Positions 8,974 to 18,483 of a DNA stretch of 64,000 bases are shown piece by piece (the stretch's first letter is position 1; every line of letters begins with the position of its first letter). Location of the stretch: contig JAJPHT010000039.1 of the NCBI GenBank assembly GCA_021325135.1, positions 32,001-96,000 on the forward strand. Direction: 5' to 3'. The position numbers were made by a program, and so were the translations under genes. The stretch comes from Pseudomonadota bacterium. GTDB taxonomy: Archaea > Thermoplasmatota > SW-10-69-26 > JACQPN01 > JAJPHT01. The notes beneath the pieces were generated by a model. It ran no database searches. It had not been told where the DNA came from and was given only the letters and a program-made list of their open reading frames with translations.

Positions 8974-9210
8974 CTACTCCGGCCGTTCGGAGGGGAAGTC
9001 GCTCTCCGCGGCGAACCCCGCGTCCACCAAGGCGTGCTCCAGCGAGTGGGCCGCGAAGTAGAGGTCGAGGGCCTCCGACACGGCCTCGCTGATGGGCTTG
9101 CCGGTGAGGACCTTCACGGAATGCAGCTTCACGTGGTGCCCCACCGGGATCTTCACCTTGACTTCCTTCTCCTTCGTCCACACGTCGTGCTCTGGTTGGT
9201 CCGTCGACAC
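8974..9210 (-). CDS. Ribbon-helix-helix DNA-binding protein
   Basis: KEVKVKIP (strand) ..HVKLHSVKVLTGKPISEAVSEALDLYF; similar to 45414-45701; GTG start inferred. Confidence 0.7.
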   Translation of the reverse strand: MSTDQPEHDVWTKEKEVKVKIPVGHHVKLHSVKVLTGKPISEAVSEALDLYFAAHSLEHALVDAGFAAESDFPSERPE

Positions 9211-9520
9211 GATGGTCTCCCCCGAGACAGCCCGGCAAGCGGGCCGGGCCAAGCTCGTGGGTTGTCTGTTGTCTACAAAAACTTTGGCGGTTGTTCCCCT
9301 CGCCCGCATCCGATCGGCTGCACCGCGGACGTGGGACCTTCGCCCGTTGGCTGCCAGGGACTTGAACCCGTGCGCCCCAACCCTCGTCGGGCCGGTGGGC
9401 GCGGCGCCTTCCCCCGAAAGCTCACTTGCCGGCGGCATTGCGGCCGGCTCGCCGCGCCCATGGCCTGCCCCCGCGGAAGGAACCCAGCGGTTAAATCGAA
9501 CGGCAGGCATCGAGCGCCCC

Positions 9521-10045
9521 ATGAAGCGCCACCGCGTGCCCGAGTTCGGCATGCTGCAACGGCAGCTTCCCGCGGGCCTCCACCCGTACCTGCGCGTGCT
9601 GCCGGGCGCGGCGGAGAGCCCGGGCCTCCGGCGCATCGAGCCGGACGACGCCAAGCGGAAGCAGCTTCTCGCCGACGCCCTCGTCTTCATCAAGCCGGGT
9701 GGCGGCTTCGCCTACGTCGACGTGGAGACGCCCTGCATTGTGCTCGCGGAGGAGTACTACCGGACGGGCTCCGACATGGACCTGTACATGGACATGCTCC
9801 ACGAGCTGACGCACATCCGCCAGCACCACGAGGGGCGCGACCTGTGGGACGAGCGATACGAGTATGTCGACCGCCCCACGGAGATCGAGGGGTACGCCGT
9901 CGCGGTGGAGGAGGGCCGGCGCCTGGGCATGACCGACGAGGACGTCATCGACCACCTCACCAACCCGTGGATGGACGAGGAGGACGTGCTGCGCCTCCTG
10001 CGCCACACCCAGGAGTTCCTGGCGAAGGAGCCACCCGTGGGCTGA
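9521..10045 (+). CDS. Zincin-like hypothetical protein
   Basis: LHELTHIRQ (HExxH) followed by PTEIEGY; TATA-like GTTAAAT ~25-30 nt upstream. Confidence 0.7.
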   Translation: MKRHRVPEFGMLQRQLPAGLHPYLRVLPGAAESPGLRRIEPDDAKRKQLLADALVFIKPGGGFAYVDVETPCIVLAEEYYRTGSDMDLYMDMLHELTHIRQHHEGRDLWDERYEYVDRPTEIEGYAVAVEEGRRLGMTDEDVIDHLTNPWMDEEDVLRLLRHTQEFLAKEPPVG

Positions 10046-11746
10046 TCAGGTCCCTGGCAGCGGGATCGGGCGCAGCTCCACGAACGAGGAGTCCGCCGGA
10101 TAACAGGGGATCAGGACCTCGCCCTCGCCCGGGAACGCCTGCTGGCCGGGGAAGCGCGCGAAGCCCGGTCCGTCCGGGGCGGCCATCGCCACCAGGCGTG
10201 AATCGGCGTCTGTCGCGTTGAAGCGCAGCGCCCAGACCGCGTCGCCGTCCGCTTGGAGGATGCGCAGGTGGAGGGCCGCCAGCGTTGCGTTGGCGAGGGG
10301 CGCCTCGGCCGATGCGCGCCAGTCCTCCAGCGTCCCGTTGGGCAGCCGCGTCGCGTACCAGGCCGTGCCGCCATCGGGGTCGAAGGCCATGCGCGCCGAT
10401 CCGGGCCCCGGACCCACGACGGTCGCGGCGCCATTGGCCGCAAGACGCACCAGGGTGGGCTCGGCCGGGTCGCCGGTCCAGTAGAACCCCTCGTCGCGCG
10501 CCGCGTTCCACGACAGGGCGGAGACGGGGAACGGAACGGTTCCCACGACGCGGCTCGTGTCGCCGACCCACGCCACCGCGCCGGCGCCGTTGGCAAGGCC
10601 CAAGGCCAGGACGCTGCCGTCCGAGCGGCACGCGAGGCTCACCGCGAAGAAGCCCAGCGGCGAGAGGTCGTACGAGCTGCGGTCGCCGCCGCGCGCCATG
10701 AGCCACGACGAGCGCCCGTCGGTGCGCACCACCCACGTCATGCCGCCGCGCTGGCAGGCGTCCAAGAGACTGTCGGAGCCCGGCGCCGTCACGATGGCGT
10801 CCGCGGGAGGCGGAGGGAGGATGGACGCGGCGGCGCGGTCCGACGCCGCCTGAAGGGCGACGCGCCACCCGGCGACGAGGTCGGGCTCCGACGCGCCGCA
10901 GCGCTCGAACAGGGCTCTCCCGAGGCCGCCCGACGGGGGACTTGGCGTGGGGTCCACGACGGGCCCCGGCGTGTGGGAGACGGGAACGGCGCGGACCTGA
11001 GAGGCGACCAGGGTCGTGGCGGGTCCGATGGCCTCGACCAGGTCGATCCACGGCGGCGACGACAGGTTGCAACGCGTCGCCAGGTAGCGCAGCGCAAGCT
11101 CGCCGCCGAAGTGGACTGCCTTGGAGCGGTTCTCAGGCGAGACGTCGTCGAAGACCCGGGCGAAGCTGGGCACCGGCGCGTGGTCGAGCAGGATGCGCGC
11201 CGCGCCGACGACCTCCTCCGGCGGCATCTCGCCCTCGCCGCGCGCCTCCCACGTCGCGCCGCCTTCGAGGATCCAATCCGGGACGTGCCGGGTCCCGGCA
11301 TCGTGCGCCCGCTCGAACTGGAAGACGTGCACCAGCTCGTGCGTGAGCGACCCCGTGTGGTTGGTCGGGCGCGGGGGGCTCAGCGGCATCCACGCGATGG
11401 GGAGCGTCGGCAGCCAGATGCGCGCGCCATCGCCGGGGTTCGCCTCCATCTGCGCGGGGAACCCGCGGAGCCGGGTGCCATCCGGCGCGGGCGGCGGCTG
11501 CGGCAGGTAGGCCCACACGTCCACCGGCCCGCGCAGCGTCTGGTTGAGGGCGCGCGACAGGTTCGCTGCCGCGCCCAGCGCCTCGGCCTCGAGGCCGGGG
11601 AACTCGGCGACGTCGCGCTCGGGCACGTGGAACCGGAACGCCCCGGCGCTCCACTCGCGCCAGCCGGAGTCCGTCCGGAAGATGCCTCCGAGACACCCGG
11701 GCAGGACCAGCGCGGCCAGGAGGGCCGCGGCGACAAGCCTCCTCAC
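10046..11746 (-). CDS. Lipoprotein with gluzincin/peptidase MA-like domain and C-terminal beta-rich domain
   Basis: LPGC lipobox; THELVHVFQ...PDWILEGGATW. Confidence 0.7.
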   Translation of the reverse strand: MRRLVAAALLAALVLPGCLGGIFRTDSGWREWSAGAFRFHVPERDVAEFPGLEAEALGAAANLSRALNQTLRGPVDVWAYLPQPPPAPDGTRLRGFPAQMEANPGDGARIWLPTLPIAWMPLSPPRPTNHTGSLTHELVHVFQFERAHDAGTRHVPDWILEGGATWEARGEGEMPPEEVVGAARILLDHAPVPSFARVFDDVSPENRSKAVHFGGELALRYLATRCNLSSPPWIDLVEAIGPATTLVASQVRAVPVSHTPGPVVDPTPSPPSGGLGRALFERCGASEPDLVAGWRVALQAASDRAAASILPPPPADAIVTAPGSDSLLDACQRGGMTWVVRTDGRSSWLMARGGDRSSYDLSPLGFFAVSLACRSDGSVLALGLANGAGAVAWVGDTSRVVGTVPFPVSALSWNAARDEGFYWTGDPAEPTLVRLAANGAATVVGPGPGSARMAFDPDGGTAWYATRLPNGTLEDWRASAEAPLANATLAALHLRILQADGDAVWALRFNATDADSRLVAMAAPDGPGFARFPGQQAFPGEGEVLIPCYPADSSFVELRPIPLPGT

Positions 11747-11814
11747 AAGGCAGGCAAAGAGTGAACGGGTCAAGAACCCAACCGGCGCGAAGCGCTCGGG
11801 TCCCGCGCCAGAAG

Positions 11815-11886
11815 AGCCGCCTCGGGGAATCGAACCCCGGACCTACGCCTTACCAAGGCGTCGCTATACCTCTAAGCCAAGGCGGC
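11815..11886 (-). tRNA. tRNA-Thr(GGT), no intron, CCA not encoded
   Basis: Reverse complement GCCGCCTTGGCTTAGAGGTATAGCGACGCCTTGGTAAGGCGTAGGTCCGGGGTTCGATTCCCCGAGGCGGCT folds as a cloverleaf with anticodon GGT. Confidence 0.95.
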
Positions 11887-11972
11887 ACGACGTTTCCCAC
11901 CCGAGGGCGGGCACGCCGGGAGGCCTCGTCCCATTCATAAGCGTTTGGTCGGCCCAGGCTTCGGCCTGCGTC

Positions 11973-12230
11973 TCAGCGGAGGATCACGTCGGCGCGGTGG
12001 ATCGTCTCGCGGGCGAGGGGGACGTGGAGCGCCTCGTGGTGCTTCACGATGGCCGCCGCGTCGGGCGCCTCCAGGATGCAGTGCATCTCGCGCCCCTCCT
12101 GGTCGATGACGATGCCGCGGTCGACGACGCCGAAGTCGTCCTTGGCGCCGCTGCGCACGCGCGACTCGACGGTGCGGCGCAGGTCGTTCGGGAGATCCGT
12201 GCCCTGGTGCGTGTCCATGAAGACGGGCAT
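11973..12230 (-). CDS. DUF4242-like (SCO4226-type nickel-binding) protein
   Basis: MPVFMDTH...MHCILEAPDAAAIVKHH. Confidence 0.75.
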   Translation of the reverse strand: MPVFMDTHQGTDLPNDLRRTVESRVRSGAKDDFGVVDRGIVIDQEGREMHCILEAPDAAAIVKHHEALHVPLARETIHRADVILR

Positions 12231-12288
12231 GGGACCCCGGAGGGGCGCCCCAGGGAAACGCCTGTCGGATTTCCGGCTGGCGGGGCGC

Positions 12289-12490
12289 CTACTCGCGCCC
12301 TTGGGCGGCAAGCTGGGGGATGCGCCACGGCGCGAGGAGCCAGACGAGGATCCCCTCCGCGCCGGCTGCAAAATCAGCCGGCACTTTCGTTGTGCTGCCT
12401 CCGGCAGCACCTCTGCACGGGTGGTCGTCACTCCCGGCCCTGGACGGCAAGTTGAGGGATGCGCCACGGCGCGAGGAGCCAGACGAGGAT
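12289..12490 (-). repeat. 63-bp imperfect direct repeat of the argF 3' end (12289-12351 and 12428-12490) around a 76-bp spacer
   Basis: 35-bp identical core; copies encode ILVWLLAPWRIPQLA(V/A)QGRE*; 8 mismatches, only one amino-acid-changing. Confidence 0.9.
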
Positions 12491-13444
12491 GGCCATCTGC
12501 GCCCAGAGGCGGTTCTCGGCCTCGTCGAAGACGACGCTCTGCGGGCCGTGGGCGACGTCCTTCTCCACCTCGTAGCCGTAGTAGGCGGGGAGGCAGTGGA
12601 GGAAGATGCCGTCGTTGGTCTTCGCCATGTGCTCGGCGGTGACGGTGTAGCCCGCGAAGTCCTTGACGCGCTGCTCCTTCTCGTCCTCGTCGCCCATGCT
12701 GATCCAGGTGTCGGTGGCGACGACGTCCTGGCCTTCGAACGCGCCATCGAACCCGTCGTGCCGCACCGCGACGCTGCCGCCGGTGGCGCGGGCGATGGCC
12801 TCGGCCTCCTTGACGACGGCGCCATCGGGGGCATAGCCTGCGGGCGTGACGACGGTGACGTGCATGCCCGCCATCGCCATGCCCACGAGATAGCTGTGGC
12901 ACATGTTGTTGCCGTCGCCCACGTAGAGGAAGCGGAGGCCCGCGAGGGTCCCCTTGTGCTCCAGGATGGTGAGGAGGTCCGCCGCGACCTGGCAGGGGTG
13001 CTCCAGGTCGTCCAGGGCGTTGACCACCGGGCTCGTGGCGTGCTGCGCGAGGGCCTTCACGTCCTCGTTGCGGAACGCGCGGTAGACCAGCACGTCGGCG
13101 TAGCGCGAGAGCACGAGGGCGGTGTCCTCGATGCTCTCGCCGCGGCCCATCTGGATGTCGCGCGTGGAGAGGAAGGTCGCGGTCATGCCCAGCTTGGCGA
13201 GGCCCACCTCGAAGCTGACGCGCGTGCGCGTGCTGGCCTTCTCGAAGATGAGGACCGCGGACTTGGCGGAGAGGTAGGGCGTCGGGTGGCCCGACTTGTT
13301 GAGCCGCTTGAGGGCGCGCGCGGCGTCCAGCACGTCCTCCAGGTCCGCGCCGAAGTCGGCCATGCGGAGGAGGTCGCGGCCCGCCGGCGCGGTTGCCGTG
13401 GCGGGGGAGTCGGTGGGCGTGGACGCGACGCCGGTCTTGCTCAC
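12428..13444 (-). CDS. argF: Ornithine carbamoyltransferase
   Basis: FEKASTRTR, HPCQ, GDGNN, TDTWISMG, HCLP, FDEAENR. Confidence 0.95.
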   Translation of the reverse strand: MSKTGVASTPTDSPATATAPAGRDLLRMADFGADLEDVLDAARALKRLNKSGHPTPYLSAKSAVLIFEKASTRTRVSFEVGLAKLGMTATFLSTRDIQMGRGESIEDTALVLSRYADVLVYRAFRNEDVKALAQHATSPVVNALDDLEHPCQVAADLLTILEHKGTLAGLRFLYVGDGNNMCHSYLVGMAMAGMHVTVVTPAGYAPDGAVVKEAEAIARATGGSVAVRHDGFDGAFEGQDVVATDTWISMGDEDEKEQRVKDFAGYTVTAEHMAKTNDGIFLHCLPAYYGYEVEKDVAHGPQSVVFDEAENRLWAQMAILVWLLAPWRIPQLAVQGRE

Positions 13445-13604
13445 GGGTCCGGAGGGGGTGGACAGGAAGAAGAAGCGAACGACCAGGACGAGCCGAAAGC
13501 CGACACGCGCGTCCCGTTCTGGACATCCCCGGTTGGCCAACGGGGCTGCGGCAAGGGTTAAGTGGCCAACCCCGGGCTTCCCGCATCCCGCCGGAGAGCA
13601 GAGC

Positions 13605-15269
13605 ATGAGCCGCGCCCCGTCCTTCGTCCTCCTTGGAGCCCTTCTTGCCGCCGGCGTCCTCGCCAGCGGGTGCGTCACCTCGCCCGGGCAGGGCCCCACC
13701 ACGGCGTCGGCCCCCGACGCGCTGGACACGTCGTGGGCCGCCAAGGCGCTGGTCAACGACACGCCCGCGCCCGGCGTCAAGCACGACCACCGCAACTGGT
13801 CGCAGCACGTCGGCCTCTCCACGCCCAACTTCGTCGAGCTGGCGCACGACTCGCTGGGCGTCAAGTACTACGACAACGCCTCGGCGGGCGAGTACTTCTG
13901 CGGCGGCACGGGCACGACCAAGGACGGCCACAAGCTCGCCGTCATCAGCTCCTACGACACGGACGTCGCGTTCGTGCTCGTGGACGTGACCGACCCTCTC
14001 CACCCCGTCCACCTGGGCGACTACCTCCTGGGCGCGCCCACGCCCACCGGCCAGGACGTCGGCCCCACCACCTACGACGTGGACATCACGCCCGACGGCG
14101 CGCACGTCGTCATCGCGGCGGACTTGCCCCTGGGCCAGAACCACGCGCCCACCGGCGACGCGGTCGCGCTCCCCGGCATCGCCAGCGCGGCGCTGGCGCC
14201 CCACGTGACGATCCAGCCCCGGTTCCGCGACGCCTGCACGGGCGAGGTCCGCGCGGAGGGCCCCGAGCAGAGCCTCCCCATGTGGCCCGGCACCGTGCTC
14301 GTCTCCCTGGCGGACCCGAAGAACCCGGCCTTCGAGGACTTCGTCCCCGCGCCGGTCATCGGCCCGCACAGCGTGAGCACGGCGTCCATCGACAACGTGA
14401 CCTACGTCGCGGCCTCCACGACGAACCTCGTGCACCAGGGCAGCTACTTCCAGTTCTTCCAGATCGAGGAGCTTCCCACGGGCGGCAAGCTCGTGCCCGT
14501 CTCCATGGTGGACGCGGGCCAGTACGGCAACCCCGTCGTGGGCACGTTCAACGGCCACGTCGACGCCGAGATCGCCGTGCACCCCGTGACGAAGAAGCCC
14601 GTCGTCTACCTCTCCGACTGGGACGGCGGCCTCGTCGTCTTGGACTTCTCCAACCCCGCGGCCCCCCTGGAGCTTGGCGCGTGGCACGACGCGGGCGCCG
14701 ACGGCGGCGCGCTCCACAGCACGCGCAGCATCGAGGGCGTCTACAACGGGCACCACTACCTGCTCGCGGGCCAGGAGTTCACGAGCCACCCCTCCAACCG
14801 CCCCAGCGGGTGGATCTACATCCTCGACGACACCGACCCCGCCAACGTCAAGGAGGTCGGCCGCTGGACGCTGCCCGCCGAGACGCAGGACAACTGGGCG
14901 CGCTCCAACAACGGCGGAGGGGTCGAGCTGTTCAGCACACACTACTTCCGCGTCATCAACGACACGGCCTTCGTCGCCATGTACCACGCGGGCGTCTGGG
15001 CGTTCAAGCTGAACTTCACCAACCCCGAGATGATGAAGGAGCCGCCCAGCGTCGGCGTGTTCGTCCCCGACAAGCCCGCGGACAAGGGCCGCGTCCCCAA
15101 GTCGGGCTACGACTTCGCGCCCTTCGTGCTGGACGTGCTGCCCACCGGCGGCAACTACCTCACGGTGTTCGACGGCCTCACGGGCGTCTACTCGCTCCAG
15201 TACGATCCCGACCATCCGATGCCCTCGCCCACGCCCTGGCCCGCCAGCGGCAAGACGGGCGCGGGCTGA
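13605..15269 (+). CDS. LVIVD-repeat beta-propeller lipoprotein
   Basis: ASGC lipobox; FVLVDVTDP, LVVLDFSNP, YILDDTDP repeats. Confidence 0.8.
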   Translation: MSRAPSFVLLGALLAAGVLASGCVTSPGQGPTTASAPDALDTSWAAKALVNDTPAPGVKHDHRNWSQHVGLSTPNFVELAHDSLGVKYYDNASAGEYFCGGTGTTKDGHKLAVISSYDTDVAFVLVDVTDPLHPVHLGDYLLGAPTPTGQDVGPTTYDVDITPDGAHVVIAADLPLGQNHAPTGDAVALPGIASAALAPHVTIQPRFRDACTGEVRAEGPEQSLPMWPGTVLVSLADPKNPAFEDFVPAPVIGPHSVSTASIDNVTYVAASTTNLVHQGSYFQFFQIEELPTGGKLVPVSMVDAGQYGNPVVGTFNGHVDAEIAVHPVTKKPVVYLSDWDGGLVVLDFSNPAAPLELGAWHDAGADGGALHSTRSIEGVYNGHHYLLAGQEFTSHPSNRPSGWIYILDDTDPANVKEVGRWTLPAETQDNWARSNNGGGVELFSTHYFRVINDTAFVAMYHAGVWAFKLNFTNPEMMKEPPSVGVFVPDKPADKGRVPKSGYDFAPFVLDVLPTGGNYLTVFDGLTGVYSLQYDPDHPMPSPTPWPASGKTGAG

Positions 15270-15311
15270 GGGCGTGCACGGGTTCAAATCCTCTGGCGCT
15301 GTTAGCCCCGC

Positions 15312-16178
15312 GTGGCGCGCATCCTCGTGGGCGAGGTCGTCGGCTCGACCTTCCGGACCGTCTTCCAGAACCTCGGCCTCTTCCTGCGCGCCGTGGGCGT
15401 CTTCTCGGTCGCCTCCGCCCTCATTGGCCTCCTCGTGGCCCTGAGGACCCAATCCACCTTGACGGACGTCATCGCCCAGGTGCGCCAGGGCGCGAAGCCG
15501 TTCCAGGCCATGCTCCCCTCCCTCGCGGGGGCGGTCGCCGTCGGCGTCGTCTGCTTCCTGGTGGGCATCGCGTCCTTCCTCGTCGCCAGCGTCGTCGCGG
15601 CGCGCTTGGAGGAGGGCCGCAGGCTTTCGCTGCGCGAGGCGTGGGCCGAGGCGGGATCGCGCTATGGCAACCTCGCCATCACGGGCCTCCTGGTCTTCCT
15701 CCTCCTCGCCGCGATCCTCCTCCTGGGCGCGCTCCTGTCCATCCTCATCCTGCCCTTCTTCCTCGCGCTGGGCCTCATCGTCGCCCTCGGCCTGCGCTGG
15801 TCCATCGCGGGCGCCGTGGGCGTCTTCGAGCGCCGCAGCCCGGGCGGCAACCTGACCCGCAGCCGCGACCTCACCAAGGGCTCCCGCGGCGCCATCCTGG
15901 GCGCGCTCATCCTCGTCTGCCTCGTCTTCGTCGTCCCCGAGATGGCCGTCGGCATCCCGTTCGACATCGTGAGCCGCGCGCAGGCCCGGCAGGGGCTCCC
16001 CCCGCCCATGGGCCTCACGCTGGCCAACTGGGCCGTGACCGCGGTCGCCGGCTTCTTCGGCACTTGCCTCTGGGCCGCGTTCAACGCCGTCGTCTACCGC
16101 CGCCTCGCGGCCTCGGAGCCTTCGGCCGAAGCGCCGCCCGCGCCCGAGCCCACCCTGGGCCCCATCGGCGGGCCCTAG
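15312..16178 (+). CDS. Multi-pass membrane protein (GDPD membrane-domain/DUF7847-like)
   Basis: About 6 hydrophobic segments; NLTRSRDLTKGS motif. Confidence 0.7.
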   Translation: MARILVGEVVGSTFRTVFQNLGLFLRAVGVFSVASALIGLLVALRTQSTLTDVIAQVRQGAKPFQAMLPSLAGAVAVGVVCFLVGIASFLVASVVAARLEEGRRLSLREAWAEAGSRYGNLAITGLLVFLLLAAILLLGALLSILILPFFLALGLIVALGLRWSIAGAVGVFERRSPGGNLTRSRDLTKGSRGAILGALILVCLVFVVPEMAVGIPFDIVSRAQARQGLPPPMGLTLANWAVTAVAGFFGTCLWAAFNAVVYRRLAASEPSAEAPPAPEPTLGPIGGP

Positions 16179-17602
16179 CCGCGCAGCAGCGCCTCTTCGG
16201 CCGCGTCGATGCGCCCGCGCGCCGCGCGCTCCGCCTGGCGCAGCGCCACGGTGCGCGCCTGCGCCGTGGCGATGGCCTCGCGCACGCGCGCGGGCGCCGT
16301 GCCGCCGGGGCTCGTCTTGCGCGCGGCCGCGTCGCGCGGGCCGAAGCCCGCGAGGTCCGCGCCCGCGAAGGCGGGGTGCGCCGCGGCGAGCGCGCCCAGG
16401 CCCTTGCCCGTGCGCTCGGCCTCCTTCACCAGCGAGCCCACGACGTGGTGCGCCTCGCGGAAGGGCGTGCCCCGCTGCGCGAGGAGGTCCGCAAGCTCGG
16501 TGGCCTCCAGGAAGCCCAGCGCGAGCGCATCCTGCATGCGCGCGGGCACGGGCTCCAGGCCGGCCACCAGCGCGCGCGCCATGCGCAGGCTCTCCAGCGC
16601 GTGGAGCGCGGAGCGCATCGCGGGCGCCTTCGCCTCCTGGAGGTCGCGGTTGTACGCCAGCGGCAGGCCCTTCAGGATCGATAGCACGGCCTGGAGCGCG
16701 CCGATCTCGCGCCCCGCGCGGGCGCGCAGCAGCTCCGCGCTGTCGGCGTTGCGCTTCTGCGGCATGATGCTGCTCCCCGACGTGTAGGCCTCCGGCAGGC
16801 GCAGGAAGCCGAAGGCGGGGCTCGTGAAGAGGACGAGCTCCTCGCCCAGCCCCGAGAGGTGGACCGCGGCGAGCGCGCCCACGAACGTCGCCTCCGCCGC
16901 GAAGTCGCGGTCGCTCACGGCGTCCAGGCTGTTGGCGAACGCCCGCTCGAACGCGAGGCGCTCCGCGGTGCGGCGAGGGTCGATGGGGAAGGAGGTGCCC
17001 GCCAGCGCCGCGGCGCCCAGGGGGCTCGCGTTGCAGCGGCGAAAGGCGTCCATCGCGCGCTCCGCGTCGCGCATCGCGCGCTCGGCGTGCGCGTGCAGCG
17101 CGTGGCCCAGCGTGACGGGCTGCGCGGGCTGGACGTGCGTGTAGCCCGGCATCGCCGCGTCCGCGGTGGCCGCCGCCTTCGCGAGGAGCGCGTCTGCGAG
17201 GTCCAGCGACGCGGCCGCCAGGTCCAACAGCACGCGCCGCGTCCAGAGGCGCAGGTCCAGCGCGACCTGGTCGTTGCGGGAGCGCGCCGTGTGGAGCTTC
17301 CCGGCCAGCGGCCCCACGAGCTTGGCGAGGTGCGTCTCCACGTTCATGTGGACGTCCTCCAATTCCTCGCGAAGCTCGACGCGCCCCTCGCGCAGGTCCG
17401 CGTAGGCCTGGCGCAGGCCCCGCGCGATGGCGTCGTGCTCCGCCGCCGTCAGCACGCCCGCGTCGCGCAGCGTGGCGACGTGCGCGAGGCTGCCCACCAC
17501 GTCCTCGCGCACGAGGAGCGCGTCCTCCGCGAGGCTGCTGCTGAAGGCCAGGAACGCCTTGTCGGGCGCCTCGTCGAAGCGGCCGGACCAGGGGTTGCTC
17601 AT
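16175..17602 (-). CDS. argH: Argininosuccinate lyase
   Basis: WSGRF, EDVHMNVE, LHTARSRNDQVA, PGYTH, GSSIMPQKRN, YNRDLQE. Confidence 0.97.
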   Translation of the reverse strand: MSNPWSGRFDEAPDKAFLAFSSSLAEDALLVREDVVGSLAHVATLRDAGVLTAAEHDAIARGLRQAYADLREGRVELREELEDVHMNVETHLAKLVGPLAGKLHTARSRNDQVALDLRLWTRRVLLDLAAASLDLADALLAKAAATADAAMPGYTHVQPAQPVTLGHALHAHAERAMRDAERAMDAFRRCNASPLGAAALAGTSFPIDPRRTAERLAFERAFANSLDAVSDRDFAAEATFVGALAAVHLSGLGEELVLFTSPAFGFLRLPEAYTSGSSIMPQKRNADSAELLRARAGREIGALQAVLSILKGLPLAYNRDLQEAKAPAMRSALHALESLRMARALVAGLEPVPARMQDALALGFLEATELADLLAQRGTPFREAHHVVGSLVKEAERTGKGLGALAAAHPAFAGADLAGFGPRDAAARKTSPGGTAPARVREAIATAQARTVALRQAERAARGRIDAAEEALLRG

Positions 17603-17681
17603 GCGCGGGCCATCCTGGCCTCCGCACTTGAGGCTATTCCCGTTCGCAAGGTTGATGGCGGCGCCGGGGGAGTCCCCGCCG

Positions 17682-17870
17682 ATGGGCGACGCCGCGCGGC
17701 GGGCGTATCATGCGAGGACCACGCCAGCCCAGCGCTTCGACGAAGGCCTCCGCCTCGCTGACGCGGCGATGCGCGCCGCCCTCCGGGAGGAGGGGTTTCC
17801 CGAGACGTTCGTCAGCGAGGAGCAGGCGCGAGCCGCATTCCGCGCCCTCCTCCGCAGGAGCCGCCGATGA
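17682..17870 (+). CDS. Small protein coupled to a nucleotidyltransferase (putative TA partner)
   Basis: TPAQRFDEGLRL motif; ATGA overlap with the next gene; alternative start at 17655. Confidence 0.6.
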   Translation: MGDAARRAYHARTTPAQRFDEGLRLADAAMRAALREEGFPETFVSEEQARAAFRALLRRSRR

Positions 17871-18415
17871 GCGTTCCGCAGGACCTGGCGTTCCTCCTCT
17901 CGCGCCTTGATGGCGAAGGGCTCGCCGCGATGGTCGTCGGGGGCCTCGCCCTGGACGCCCTCGGGGTCCCGCGCTCGACCCTGGACGTCGATCTGCAGGT
18001 CGCCGCGCCCCAGGGGCTTCACCGGGACGCCTCCGTGCTCTACGGATGCATCGTCGAGGAGTGGACGCGCGACCCGGTTTTCGGCCAGGACGTCGTCATC
18101 CTTCAAGCCCCGACGGGCGCCACGCCCTTCGAGCTCTTCTTCGCGACCCATTGGCTGCCCCGCCAAGCGCTGGCCAGGCGGGTCGAGATGGACAGCCCTC
18201 TCCTGGAGCGTCGCGTCTGGGTCCCCACTCCCGAGGACTTCGTCCTCCTGAAGTCGGCCTACATGGCCTCGCCCGCGCGCTCCCGCGCCAAGGCCGCGCA
18301 GGACGGGGTCGACGTGGAGGGCGTGGCGCGGCTGCACGACCTTGACCGGTCCTACGTCGAGGAGAACGCGCGGCGCCTCGGCATGTGGGAGCGCCTCGCG
18401 CCCCTGCTTTCCTGA
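17867..18415 (+). CDS. Nucleotidyltransferase (DUF6036/AbiEii-like)
   Basis: VVGGLAL..G.PRSTLDVD, PEDFVLLK, QDGVDV. Confidence 0.8.
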   Translation: MSVPQDLAFLLSRLDGEGLAAMVVGGLALDALGVPRSTLDVDLQVAAPQGLHRDASVLYGCIVEEWTRDPVFGQDVVILQAPTGATPFELFFATHWLPRQALARRVEMDSPLLERRVWVPTPEDFVLLKSAYMASPARSRAKAAQDGVDVEGVARLHDLDRSYVEENARRLGMWERLAPLLS

Positions 18416-18483
18416 GCGCATTGCGCAACCCCGCCGCCACAACGGTCAAATGGGCACACCGGCAGGTCGGGCCGAGCCCAGCC

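Noticed and set aside
8408-9061. Gly/Ala-rich ORF on the plus strand
   Set aside because: Mirror translation of the K/A/P-rich minus-strand gene
11815-11886. tRNA-Thr as the integration site of an island
   Set aside because: No integrase and no duplicated tRNA 3' end noticed in the window
12289-12490. Diversity-generating retroelement TR/VR pair, or an intron in argF
   Set aside because: Mismatches are not adenine-specific and no reverse transcriptase is present; argF is complete without splicing
11973-17627. 1884-aa ORF on the minus strand
   Set aside because: GC-rich shadow frame overlapping argF, argH and the LVIVD gene; only the last 85 codons (DUF4242-like) look real
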